A DNA stretch of 64,000 bases from NCBI GenBank assembly GCA_951406725.2, contig OX597834.1, positions 38,812,001 through 38,876,000 of the forward strand, in the 5' to 3' direction. The notes beneath the pieces were generated by a model that had not been told where the DNA came from, did no database searches, and was given only the letters and a program-made list of their open reading frames with translations. This document shows, one piece after another, positions 13,049-27,527 of the stretch. How positions within the stretch are numbered: the stretch's first letter is position 1; each line of letters opens with the position of its first letter. The position numbers and the translations under genes are program-made. Source of the stretch: Octopus vulgaris (Eukaryota).

Positions 13049-13300
13049 ATCTATATATACCACCCTAAGATCTATGTATACCACCCTAAGATCTATATTT
13101 ACCAATCTAAGATCTATATATACTACCCTAAGATCTATACATAGTACGCTAAGATCTATATATACCGCACTAAGATCTATACATATATTCCGCTCTAAGA
13201 TCTATATATACCACCCTAACATCTATATATACTATGCTAAGATCTATATATATATATATACCACCCTAAGATCTCCATATACTACCTTAAGATTTATATA
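13049..13300. repeat. 21-bp minisatellite AGATCTATATATACCACCCTA, ~11 copies
   Basis: Direct reading; gives the TTLRSIY periodic ORF. Confidence 0.95.
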
Positions 13301-13361
13301 TGGCCGCAGTTAAATGACTGAAACAAGTAAAAGATTATATATATATATATATATATATATA

Positions 13362-14038
13362 TAACTTATAAATAAGGGCAAACGAAAAAATTTCTAATGT
13401 GAAATATGCCGAAAATTGGACATATCCTCCATAACCATATAATTTTTCCCAATACGCACGCTACTCGAAAAAAAGCCGACAGAAATTTCTAAAAAATTCC
13501 ATTATTACCATATCGGACCGATTTCAGGGTTAGTTCGTAAGAACCCTCCCTTCGTCAGCGATAAATGTGGCAAAGAAATAAATGAGATACTTACTCATAC
13601 CCATGGAAGAAGCAAAACACTAAGTCATGAGCACAATTAAGTACCCCAAATACATCCAAAATAGAAATACTCCAGCCCATTCATGGTTGTGGACAATCTG
13701 TCCAATTTTCGACATATTTGGCATTAGAAATTTTTCGTTTGCCCTTATTTATAAGTTGTTTATAATTTTAACCTTTAAAGGTATTTTTTAATATGCTGAC
13801 CATTGATAAAAATTTTTTAGAAAAAATTTTATCCTACATTAAATATATATTTAATAGTGTTCACTTCCGGACTCTCCCACTCTGTGAGTGCCTCAGTTCA
13901 AATCGCACGTGTCTTGAATGGGCTGGAGTATTTCTATTTTGGATGTATTTGGGGTACTTAATTGTGCTCATGACTTAGTGTTTTGCTTCTCCCATGGGTA
14001 TGAGTAAGTATCTCATTTATTTCTTTGCCACATTTATC
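13362..14038. mobile_element. Penelope-like remnant with two interleaved inverted repeats
   Basis: 13362-13420 mirrors 13699-13758; 13560-13683 mirrors 13916-14038; hammerhead between. Confidence 0.7.
13511..13563 (-). ncRNA. Minimal type-I hammerhead ribozyme, canonical core
   Basis: tatcg CTGACGA aggg-agggttc-ttac-gaactaa-ccct GAAA tcgg TC cgata: stem I 5 bp, extended stem II, GUC cleavage triplet. Confidence 0.75.
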
Positions 14039-14203
14039 ACTTAGCGGTTCGGCAAAAGCAAAAGATACCGAGAGAATAAGTACTAGGCTTACAAAGAATA
14101 AGTCCTGGTGTCGGTTTATTCGACTTAAACTCTTTAAGGCTGTGCTCCAGCATGGCCACAGTCAAATGACTGAAGCGAGTAAAAGAATACAAGAATAAAA
14201 GAA
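14039..14203 (+). mobile_element. SINE family A, 3' half
   Basis: ACTTAGCGGTTCGGCAAAA...CCAGCATGGCCACAGTCAAATGACTGAA. Confidence 0.9.
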
Positions 14204-14206
14204 TAC

Positions 14207-14254
<48 letters not shown>

Positions 14255-14279
14255 GTATATATATATATGTGTGTGTGTG

Positions 14280-14313
<34 letters not shown>

Positions 14314-14455
14314 ACAATGATAAATCTCAGAGCGAGTTATAAAGAGTAGCAGCAACACATCGTGACGTATATTTGGAGGTGTCCTCCTGGGGCTACAAAC
14401 TACAGTAGCATCCACCCTTAGGGGTTAGCCATATTCAAATGGCAAATATACGTCA

Positions 14456-14500
<45 letters not shown>

Positions 14501-14705
14501 AGATATCCGTGTCACCAGGATATCAGATGCTAAGCCGAATATTTTGGGCTGTTTGTGTAGAGTTAGCTGTTGTGGAGATGTTTTGCTTATAAGCACTGAA
14601 ACGGTGAAAGTTCAATTCCAACTGTCAGCTAGTTTGAGTTAGTGGGCCGCATTGTAAATGGCAGCGTAACCTCCCTCTCCTGCCTTCCTACTCTCCCCCA
14701 CTCAC

Positions 14706-14905
14706 CACTCCGCGCACCCGGAATATTGATGGGAATAGAAAGTGAATGGATAGGGAGATAACAGGGTGGCGGGTGGGGATGTAGCGGGTGGTGGTGGTGG
14801 GTGGTGCGGGGAGTTGTTAGAGAAAAAAAGGGGGTAGATGTTCCACGGTTTAGGCTTGCATGTTATCGGGGTGAGCAGAAACAACGCAGCAACGAATCGA
14901 TTCAT
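14706..14905 (-). CDS. Candidate first exon (signal-peptide-like, Pro-rich); may instead be a 5'UTR exon
   Basis: ATG at 14905, MNRFVAALFLLTPITC..., open frame running into consensus donor GAGTG|GTGAGT (phase 2). Confidence 0.25.
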
Positions 14906-14963
14906 GTCACGTGACTGATGTGGATCGCAACCCTACACGCACGCGCGCACACACACACACACA

Positions 14964-14994
<31 letters not shown>

Positions 14995-15210
14995 GAGCAC
15001 ACGCGTACGTACATACACCAGCATGCACATACACCAGCATACACATACACGCATACGCACGCACACATACTCGCACGAGCAACGTGCACACACGCACACA
15101 CGCTCGCGCATGCGTGCATTCACGCACCCACACATGCGTACACAGGCGTACACAGGCGCGCACACACACACACGTACACGCACACAAACTTCGTCTGCGG
15201 ATTGGTCGGT
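14894..15210 (-). promoter_or_regulatory. Promoter-like motif cluster
   Basis: GTCACGTGAC E-box 14906-14915, GCGCATGCG (NRF1-like) 15106-15114, GACCAATC CCAAT box on minus strand ~15200-15207; CpG-rich relative to the window. Confidence 0.35.
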
Positions 15211-15283
15211 AACTAAGGCTGCCTTAACGTATAGGGGTTAATTATGTAATCGATAGAGGGAGGCAGGAATAGGATGTGTGATT

Positions 15284-15539
15284 GGAGGAGGAGGAGGAGG
15301 AGGAGGAGGACGACGACGACGAAGAGGAGGCGGAGGAGGAGGAGAAGGAGAACGACGACGAGGAGGAGGAAGAGGAAGAAGAAGAAGGAGAAGAAGATGA
15401 CGACGACGACGACGACGAAGGAGAAGAAGAAGAAGAAGAAGAAGACGACGACGAAGAAGAAGAAGAAGAAGAAGAAGAAGAAGAAGAAGAAGAAGAAGAA
15501 GAAGAAGACGACGACGACGACGAATAATAATAATAATAA

Positions 15540-15570
<31 letters not shown>

Positions 15571-15772
15571 AAGAAGAAGAAGAAGAAGAAGAAGAAGAAG
15601 AAGAAGAAGAAGAAGAAGAAGAAGAAGAAGAAGAAGAAGAAGGAGAAGAAGAAGGAGAAGAAGAAGAAGAAGAAGAAGAAGAAGGAGAAGAAGAAGAAGG
15701 AGGAGAAGAAGAAGAAGAAGAAGAAGAAGAAGAAGAAGAAGGAGAAGAAGAAGGAGAAGAAGAAGAAGAAGG
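15284..15772. repeat. (GAG/GAC/GAA)n polypurine microsatellite
   Basis: Direct reading. Confidence 0.97.
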
Positions 15773-15936
15773 AAACAGGGGAAGGAAACAGGACATAAGA
15801 AGACATTAGCGTAACAATACGATGGGAGAAGAAGAAAAAAAAATGAAGAAAGATAGAAAGAAAGGAGAAATGAAGACAAAAGGAAAGAAAGAAATAAGGA
15901 AACAACTGTATCGAGTGGATATGTTGAATAGAAAGT

Positions 15937-15978
<42 letters not shown>

Positions 15979-16002
15979 CAGAGAGAGAGAGAGAGATACA
16001 GA

Positions 16003-16037
<35 letters not shown>

Positions 16038-17409
16038 GGAGAAACAGAGACGGAAGGAATGTGTATAAGAGCTGTAAGAGGAGGAGAGGCGGTGTTGAAT
16101 CGGTGTAGCTTTATAAGGAATTCTGGGGACGTAGAAATGGTTTTCTTTTAATTGACGGGAAATTAGGTCTTTGATACAAGAAAAGTAATTTGCCTTGTTT
16201 TATGTCTTGAAAACTTGTTGCATAATGTGTCGCCTTTCTGTGTTGCTCGCTAATTGTTACATAACATGGCAGCTGCTGTGTGCTGTGTGCTTTGTTTGTT
16301 CTTTCTTTTTTAGCGACTCGTAACGAAATGTGGCATGTGTTGTGTCTCCAGATACATGTTACATAATCTAAGATGAGCTGGGTTTAGATATGTATTGCGT
16401 AATCCACTCTGTGTTGTGTTTAAGCAGGCGTCAGATAATGCGCTATGCGCCGTGTGTATGTTTATATTTGTTACATAATATGGCAGCCGTTGTGAATTTC
16501 TAGAGACTCTTTATATAACGTGTCATGTGTTGTGTCTTTATGTCCACGTTACGTAATCTAAGATGTGCCATGTTTAGATATTTATAACGTAATCTACTCT
16601 GTGTTGGGTTTAGGATACACGTTACATAATGCGCGATGTGTGGCGTGTATCATAATATTTGTTACATAATATGGCATATGTTGTGTTTAGATCTATACTA
16701 CATAATCTAAGATGTGCTGTTTTTTGGATATTTGTTACGTAATCAGACGTGTGGTGTTTAGAAACGTGTTACATAATTTGTTGTGTCGTATTTTCGCTTT
16801 TGTCACTTAGTATTAGCATCTGCTGTGTTTAGATCTATGTTACATAATCTGAGATGCGTTGTGTTCAGATATTTGTTACGTAATCAGATCTGTGGTGTTT
16901 AGAAACATGTTACATTCCGAGTTATGGTAGGAATGTATGTAGGTATAAAGATATGTATATAGATGCGTGTGTATGCGTGTGTGCTTCGATGTGTTGTGTC
17001 GTATTTTCATATTTGTTACTTAGTATTAACATCTGCTGTGTTTTGATCTATGTTACATAATCTGAGATGTGTCGTGTTCAGATATTTATTACGCAATCTT
17101 CTGTGTGTTGCGTCTAAATACGCGTCACATTATGCGCTGTGTGTTGTGTGTCTCTCGCTGTTTGTTACATAATATGACATCTGTTGTATTTAGATCTATG
17201 TTACACAATTTAAAACATGGTGTGTACTTGGTACATAAACTGGTATGTAATGTGTTTAGATACGTGTTATACGAGCCAGGGGTTGCATCTTTTAGCTAAG
17301 TGTTACATAATACGGTATCTGTTGTGTTTAGGCACTTGGTACGTTAACTGGTATGTGGTGTGCTTAGGTACATATTACAAAATGCGTGACTTGATACTTC
17401 TTGCGTAAT

Positions 17410-17912
17410 AATCCTTTCTAATTTTGGCACATAACCAACTATTTAGGGTGAGGGGTTCAGTCGAATATATCAACCCCCACTACTCAACTCTTTCTTATTT
17501 CATCGACCCCGAAGGGATGAAATACAAGTCAACCTGGGCGGAATTTGAACTTAGAACATAAAGACCGACGAAACGCCGCTAAACAATTCTGCCAACTCGC
17601 CTTAACTTGCTTCATAACAATGATTTCAAATTTTGGTACAAGGCCAGCAATTTCGAAGTAAAAAATCAGGTTTATTATATCGACCCTACTTTTCAACTGG
17701 TACTTATCTCATCCATCCCTGAAGGATGAAAGGCAAAACTGACCTCAGCGGAATTTGAACTCAGAACGTAAAGACGGACGAAATGCCACGAAGCTTCTTG
17801 TTCGTTGTGCTAAGAATTCTGCCAGCTTGCCTTAACTTGTTACATTATAATGGTTTCAAATTTTGCCACGAGGGCAGCAATTTTGGGGCAGAAGATTACT
17901 CGATTTACATCG
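17410..17912 (-). mobile_element. Tandem SINE family C copies (about 2.5)
   Basis: GGAATTTGAACT.AGAAC.TAAAGAC.GACGAAA and TTCTGCCA.CT.GCCTTAA twice, plus a third tail. Confidence 0.85.
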
Positions 17913-18054
17913 TATTTTCAAGTTAAAGGAAATATGGAGACGCATTGTGCAACAAAATGGTTCATATTTGGTTGATTAAAAATGCAATGGCAAGTATTTA
18001 TTGACCTTTTTCTTTCCTTTAAAAATCGGCACGAACTTTCCGGACAACCCAATA
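17913..18054 (+). mobile_element. Mariner 3' end with TIR (same family as 2279-2825)
   Basis: TGGAGACGCATTGTGCAACAAAATGGTTCATATTTGGTTGATTAA ... TIR AAATCGGCACGAACTTTCCGGACAACCCAATA. Confidence 0.9.
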
Positions 18055-18272
18055 ATATTTAGATACATGTTACATAATCTATGTTGTGTTTAGATATTTA
18101 TTGCATAATCCAGTACGTGTTATATTTAAATACGTGTAAATATAATGTATCATGCGTTGTGTAGATATTTGTTACATAATATCGCCTCCTTTGTGTTTAG
18201 ACATTTGCTACGAATATACTGTGTAATGTTTGTCGTGATAATTGTTACATAATGCGTCATTCGCTGTGCCTT

Positions 18273-18873
18273 TACTGGTTCTCAAACCATTTTAATATCC
18301 GGACTACATTCAAAACCTGGATTTTTTTAGGGGCTGCACCAAAAGAAAAAGTAAAACAAGTCAATAAAAGAAAAATTTATGAGTGGCTGTGTGGTAAGTA
18401 GCTTGCTTACCAACCACATGGCTCTGGGTTCAGTCCCACTGCGTGGCACCTTGGGCAAGTGTCTTCTACTATAGTTTCGGGCCGACCAAAGCCTTGTGAG
18501 TGGATTTGGTAGACGGAAACTGAAAGAAGCCCGTTATATATATGTATATGTATATATATGTGTGTGTGTGTGTGTGTTTGTCCCACAACATCGCTTGACA
18601 ACCGATGCTGGTATGTTTACGTCCCCGTAACATAACGGTTCGGCGAAAGAGACCGATAGAATTAGTACTAGGCTTACAAAGAATAAGTCCTGGTGTCGAT
18701 TTGCTCGACTAAAAGTCGGTGCTCCAGCATGGCCGCTGTCGAATGACTGAAACAAGTAAAAGAGTAAAAGAGTAAGAGTATATATATCTATAAAAAGAAG
18801 ACCGCCGAGGGCCGCTTGGGGGATGCTTGAGGCCTGCATATGAGGCCCTGTTAGCCGCGGTTGAAAACCGCTG
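18273..18873. mobile_element. Probable hAT-type MITE with nested SINE A
   Basis: Ends CTGGTTCTCAAACC ... GGTTGAAAACCGCTG resemble CAG(T/C)GGTT(C/T)TCAA TIRs; TSD not clear. Confidence 0.45.
18381..18780 (+). mobile_element. SINE family A, near full length
   Basis: Very similar to 47015-47478. Confidence 0.93.
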
Positions 18874-19419
18874 CTTTAAATAGACGTTATATAATATCAC
18901 ATTCATTGAGTGTCTTCTTACATAACGCAATAAGCGTTGTGATGTCACTAGCTGCTCATTGTAATGCATGTTGCGTGTTGTGTGATGTGCGTTGTGTGTT
19001 GTGTGCTTTCAGATACATTATATGAAGTATCTGGCGTTGTGAGTCTCGCTGATCGTTAAATGATGTTTTGTGTCGTGGTGTGTCTTTGATACGAGTCAAC
19101 GTGTGTCGTGTTCTGTTCTGTGACTCGATAGCTCTTACGTAACACTACGTTGGCTCTTCTCTGTTATTGCGTGTTTTAGGTCGTGGCGAGGGTCGGGGGC
19201 AAGTTGTCTGGGTTCGTTGAGTTGTTGGGGGAAAAGAGGGAAATCGAGAATCGGTAAAAGGAGGAAGAGAAAAAGAAGAGGAAGTAAAGGGAGGGGCGGG
19301 GGAATGATGGGAAGAGAAGGATCAGAGAGAACGAGGTGGGGGAAACGGGGGAAATAAGGGAGAGATTTTAATGAGAATTCCAGAGAAAGTATGTCCGAGT
19401 TATGGTAGGAATGTATGTA

Positions 19420-21520
<2,101 letters not shown>

Positions 21521-21979
21521 AGGAAAAGGAAGAGGGTGTTGACAAAGGGGTTAGCAGGCTGGAAGAGGTGAAATCGAAAAAGTGTGTTAAGGAGAATACG
21601 AAAACGAAAATGAAAGTAGAATTGATAAAAAAAAAAGTTATAAATAAATATATAAAATATACATAAAATTTTCTTTAAAAAAGTATATAAATATAAAAAG
21701 TAACAAAATCCAAAAATTTTTTTCTCTAAACTGCAACACTGGCAAAAATGTAAACAGAGGTGCCGGGATCGATCTATGAGTGGGTGTGACAAGTAATAAG
21801 TGATAATTCAAAGAAAGAATTGAACCAGCTTTTTAATAAATAAACATGAAAGAGATGCGGACAAAGAATGATTTAAAGAGCTCTTTGGAGCAATGGGAAA
21901 TTAGATTAATGCTTCTTCAGCGATCTTCTCACCGAGCCGAGTTCCATTCCCGTTTACATACAAAATAATTTATTTAATT

Positions 21980-22475
<496 letters not shown>

Positions 22476-22524
22476 TAAAGCCAAGGGGAAAGGCATGAAT
22501 GTCGCTAAACTTAATTCCTATCAA

Positions 22525-22640
22525 TTCCTACCAAATCCACTCACAGGGCTTTGGTCTGCCCGAGGCTATAGTAGAAGACACTTGCCCAAGATGCCATGCA
22601 GTGGGACTGAACTCAGAACCATCTGGTTGGGAAGCAAATT
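22525..22640 (-). mobile_element. SINE family A, 5' part
   Basis: CCAAATCCACTCACA...AGAAGACACTTGCCCAAG...GTGGGACTGAAC. Confidence 0.85.
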
Positions 22641-23125
22641 TTCTGTCTGAATGAAAATAAAATGGTCCCCGCCGGGTCGTCTTTGATCATAAGTCTGATC
22701 AATCAAGCATGACCTGAGGCTGAACAAGAAATAATGTAGTCCAAGGTTCAGTGAGCAGGAAAAAACTAGAGCAGATGGTCGTGGCTGGAACGCCTTTGAT
22801 GATAGACCTGCCCGATTGGGGCTGACATGGAGCAATGTAGCAATGTCAATAATTACAACGGTCAACGATGAAGTCTCTACACGGTCACTCGATCTGCTAG
22901 AAATAACAACCAATTTCCCTCTGTTCACATCTTACCGTTTTAAATAAAGGCACAATGGAAAGAATGGTGTTAGAGGCACAATGTCTGCGAAATTGTCACA
23001 GCTGGAACGCTTTAGATTATCTGCCTACTTAATCAACAACAATAGCGGTAACAACTATATGGGTACACACGTAAGATGACACGAGCGCACCCACGCACAC
23101 ATGTTGAGAGAGGGAGAGAAAGAAA

Positions 23126-23172
<47 letters not shown>

Positions 23173-23366
23173 GGTGGTGGGCATGGAGATAAAGAAATAG
23201 AGAAAACAGATATGAATGTATTGAGTGACAGCTGGTGTAGTGTTGAGGTGAATGGTGAATTTCGTTACAGAACTAACAAAATGTGTGTATGATATACGTG
23301 TGTATGTAAATAGGTGAGAGACAGAGATGCATACATACATACATACATACAGACAGACAGACAGTC

Positions 23367-23719
<353 letters not shown>

Positions 23720-23729
23720 CTTGGTGAAA

Positions 23730-24200
23730 CAGATGAGCTCCTGGGAGAGGCTAAGGGAACTGAAGCTCCACTCCCTATAAATAAAGTGAGAAACGTACGT
23801 AATGATATACATATGGAAGATGCCGGAAGGTCTAGTACCCAAGTTTGGAACTATAAACTATACCAATCACCGAAATGGACGGCACCGCATAATACCAAAG
23901 ATCCTGCCTTCCCCATTGAGAATAGGGACCCAGTTCTGTAACAACTTGGGGTTCAAGATCCCACATCTATTCAACATTCTGCCAAAACAACTCCAGAGAT
24001 TTGCGAGGTGTAGATATGCAGGTCTTCGAAAAGCGTTTTGACAAATTTTTATATGAAATACCAGATGGACCCAGATCGTGGAAGGAAATACGAATAAGGG
24101 TGCAGCCCCGTCCACCTTGCTAGTTCACCAGAAACTGTACAGAAACCAAGCACACCGAAAAGCAGTGCTCCAGCATGGCAGCAGGTTCTAACTAAAACAA
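23730..24200 (+). pseudogene. CR1-group LINE 3' end (ORF2 C-terminus plus tail)
   Basis: SSWERLRELKLHSL*...IYIWKMPEGLVP...HLFNILPKQL...FDKFLYEIPDGP, then GTGCTCCAGCATGGC tail. Confidence 0.85.
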
Positions 24201-24201
24201 A

Positions 24202-24433
24202 GGCGGCGAGCTGGCAGAAACGTTAGCACGTCGGGCGAAATGCTTAACGGTATATCGTCTACCGCTATGTTCTGAGTTCAAATTCCGCTGAGGTCGACTT
24301 TGTCTTTCATCCTTTCGGGGTCGATAAATTAAGTACCAGTTACGCACTGGGGTCGATATAATTGACTTAATCCCTTCGGCTGTCCTTGTTTGTCTCCTCT
24401 ATGTTTAGCCCCCTGTGGGCAATAAAGAAATAA
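24202..24433 (+). mobile_element. SINE family C (MetaSINE-like), full length, tail variant 1
   Basis: GGCGGCGAGCTGGCAGAAACGTTAGC...GAGTTCAAATTCC...CTTTCATCCTTTCGGGGTCGATAAATTAAGTACCAG...GGGCAATAAAGAAAT. Confidence 0.93.
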
Positions 24434-24755
24434 GTAACTGTACAGAAAAGAAACCAAACACACTGAAAAGCGGTGCTCCAGCATGGCAGCAGTTTCTAAC
24501 TAAAACGAGTAAATATAAAAGATGTGTGTGTGTGTGTGTGTGTGTGTGTGAAGAAAGAACACAAATGGGTTAAGGTTCACAGCTGTTTCAGACGCGTTTT
24601 TTATTGATGAATAAACAATCTGATTACATTACAAAAAGAAAAACTTTTTTCTTTCAGGTGAATTAACAATTCAAGATTTAAAATTTTCAAAATTTAGTTC
24701 TAAAAAGTACCAAGATGTAGAATGTTGTTGGCCAGATTTCATACGGGTAAGGTTC

Positions 24756-24825
<70 letters not shown>

Positions 24826-24912
24826 ATATAAATAGAAGGGGCAGGCAACAGGTTGCTTAGCCGCTAATGGTTATATTTACATGCCGAATTCTAGCAGTAA
24901 ATAATTTACTCT

Positions 24913-24989
<77 letters not shown>

Positions 24990-24990
24990 T

Positions 24991-25289
24991 CTTGATCACG
25001 TGACCGACCAGACTATCAGATGTTGTTACACATCGCTGGTCACAATGCATTCGCATTGCTTTAGCCTTCGAATGACGCCACCCCGCTGGCTAAGGGAGCA
25101 GGCCAACAGAAGAAAGAGTGAGAGAAAGAGTGGTGAAAGAGTACAGCAGGGATCACCACCCCCTGCCGGAGCCTCGTGGAATTTTTAGGTGTTTTCGCTC
25201 AATAAACACTCACAACGCCCGGTCTGGGAATCGAAACCGCGATCCTACGACCGCGAATCCGCTGCCCTAACCACTGGGCCATTGCGTCT

Positions 25290-25292
<3 letters not shown>
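24991..25292 (-). mobile_element. SINE family B, full length, RTE-type tail
   Basis: Head TGGCCCAGTGGTTAGGGC...GGTTTCGATTCCC; tail GCATTGTGACCAGCGATGTGTAACAACATCTGATAGTCTGGTC. Confidence 0.92.
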
Positions 25293-25328
<36 letters not shown>

Positions 25329-25333
25329 TATAT

Positions 25334-25374
<41 letters not shown>

Positions 25375-25932
25375 CATGTGTGTACACGTATATTTACTCA
25401 TGCATTATTGCTGCGTTTCCGTTTAAAGTAGGCTGAGTACCTCTATTTCAGGTAAATTATCCAATCCATAAAGCAGAACTGGAAACAATTGCTCTCCTAA
25501 GACTCGTCTTTCCTTTAACTTTAGAACCCGTCGAAGAAGGTAACTCGTAAGACTCGTCGTTGTCATAAATAACTGCATTCGCTCCAGTTTCTACGTTTTA
25601 AAGTTTATGGGAGCGACAATAAAAATTTATGGAAAAGCGTTGTCAGCTAAGGACACGAAATTAGTTCCGTTGTTGGCAATCAGGTGGCAGTCCAGTTCTC
25701 ACGCATAGGAAAGCTGTGAACTGTTGGTATCAGCTGGGGACAGAATTTTACGAGATAACATTAACAGCAAATGGTTTAAAATTAGTCGCTAAGGAGCCCC
25801 CGGCTGTGCAAGAATAACAGTTCCCGTTTTTGTCAAGGGATACGGCTAGCAGTTGCAATGTGTGTCGTTTCTTTGCTGATAGTTTATAAAATTCATCTCT
25901 GTAATCGTTGCTGATGCTTCTCCACACTGTAA

Positions 25933-26075
25933 GGCGGTGAGTTGGCGAGATTGTTAGCACGCCGGACAAAATGCTGAGCGACAATTCGTCCGTCTTTACG
26001 TTCTGAGTTCAAATTCCGTCGAGGTCGATTTTGCCTTTCGTTTCTTTCGAAGTCGATGAAATAACTACCAGCTGA
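25933..26075 (+). mobile_element. SINE family C, 3'-truncated
   Basis: GGCGGTGAGTTGGC...TTCTGAGTTCAAATTCC. Confidence 0.85.
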
Positions 26076-26272
26076 GTAATAAAGGGAATTTATCAACATA
26101 CATATACGTGTGTGTGTGAGAGAGAGAGAGAGACAGAAGTGAGAGAAAGAGAGAGGGCTGCATGAGAGAGAGAGGTGAGAGGGTGAGTGAGAGAGTGTGC
26201 GTGTGTGTGAATGTTGTGTATACATACATATATATAAACATGCTTAGTATCTATGAATCTTGCATATACATA

Positions 26273-26453
<181 letters not shown>

Positions 26454-26504
26454 GTAAGAACTTACTGTGGGCAAGGCTGCGTGACGTTCAATTATAAATG
26501 AATA

Positions 26505-27300
26505 AAAAAAAATACACGTGAAGTACAGGACATCACCAGCGAATGAAAAAACGTAAACTCACGAGAGATAAATACAGGACAAAATACGAAAAGAAGACAA
26601 CTCGCTCGTCAGTTGTCGACTGTTTTACTGCGCCCTCTTTCGTGCTTTCAACGACACGATAGGAACACTTCATAAGACAGTAGCATCCAGACATTTTTTT
26701 AAATATAAAATTTGTGGAAAATTAGGGCTTCAAACAAACAAACAAACAACAACTGAGTGGACGTACAAAGTAAGCAATCGACGAAGACAGACATTAAGGG
26801 CCGTTAAGCCAAGACGCATTGTAATGGGAAACGCCTGGGAGAAATGTTTAAAGGAAATAGAATAAATAGAAGAGAAGAAAATAGCAGAACAGAAAAAATG
26901 TCGGGAGGCGTGAGAAATGACGTACAGCCCGATGGACGTCTTGTCCAGAAAAGACAGAGGCGAAAGAAATAGCCTGTAGTCACGTGTGCACAAAAGGCAG
27001 AGGGGATGGGGGACAAGAGAGAGGATGAGGGGAAGAAACAAAGTGAGTGAAGAGAATGGAGAGGGAACGAAAGGTAGTAGGGAAGCAAAGAAGGAGGGGA
27101 GAAACGGAAAATATAGACGATCATAGAAGGACAGTTGTCTGAATGTTGTCGTTGAAAACACGAAATAGGGAGTAGTAAAACGGTCGACAACAGACGAGCG
27201 AGTTATCTTCTTTTCGTATTTTGTCCTGTACTTATCTCTCGTGTGTTTACGTATTTTTCACTCGTTGGTGATGTCCTGTACTTAATGTGTATGTTTTATT
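26505..27300. mobile_element. Repeat with ~150-bp inverted arms (26505-26660 / 27145-27300), probably Penelope-like; related sequence at 29677-29990
   Basis: GTACAGGACATCACCA...CTCGCTCGTCAGTTGTCGAC mirrored by GTCGACAACAGACGAGCGAG...TGGTGATGTCCTGTAC. Confidence 0.6.
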
Positions 27301-27301
27301 C

Positions 27302-27527
27302 GAGGCACGTGGCTTAGTGGTTGGGGTGTCAGCGTCATGATCGTAAGATTGTGGTTTCGATTCATGGACCGGGCGACGCGTTGTGTTCTTGAGCAAAACA
27401 CTTCATTTCACGTTGCTCCAGTCCACTCAGCTGGCAAAAATGAGTAACGCTGCGATGGGGAACACATACACCATAGAAACCGGGAAACCGGGCCCATGAA
27501 CCTGGCTAGGCTTTAAAAGGGCGCATT
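27302..27527 (+). mobile_element. SINE family D, tail variant 2
   Basis: GAGGCACGTGGCTTAGTGGTT...GGTTTCGATTC...CACTTCATTTCACGTTGCTCCAGTCCACTCAGCTGG. Confidence 0.88.

Larger units (their letters stand above)
16200..19150. repeat. Degenerate ~36-bp satellite (TGTGTTGTGTTTAGATA..TGTTACATAAT), interrupted by insertions
   Basis: GTTACATAAT-like anchors every ~35-40 bp in 16200-17405, 18055-18270 and 18880-19150; ~141-bp higher-order unit in 16680-17100. Confidence 0.85.

Noticed and set aside
25225-25292. SINE heads as tRNA genes (also 1533, 27302, 47015, 50880, 62988)
   Set aside because: A/B boxes present but no proper acceptor stem, and each continues into a shared SINE body
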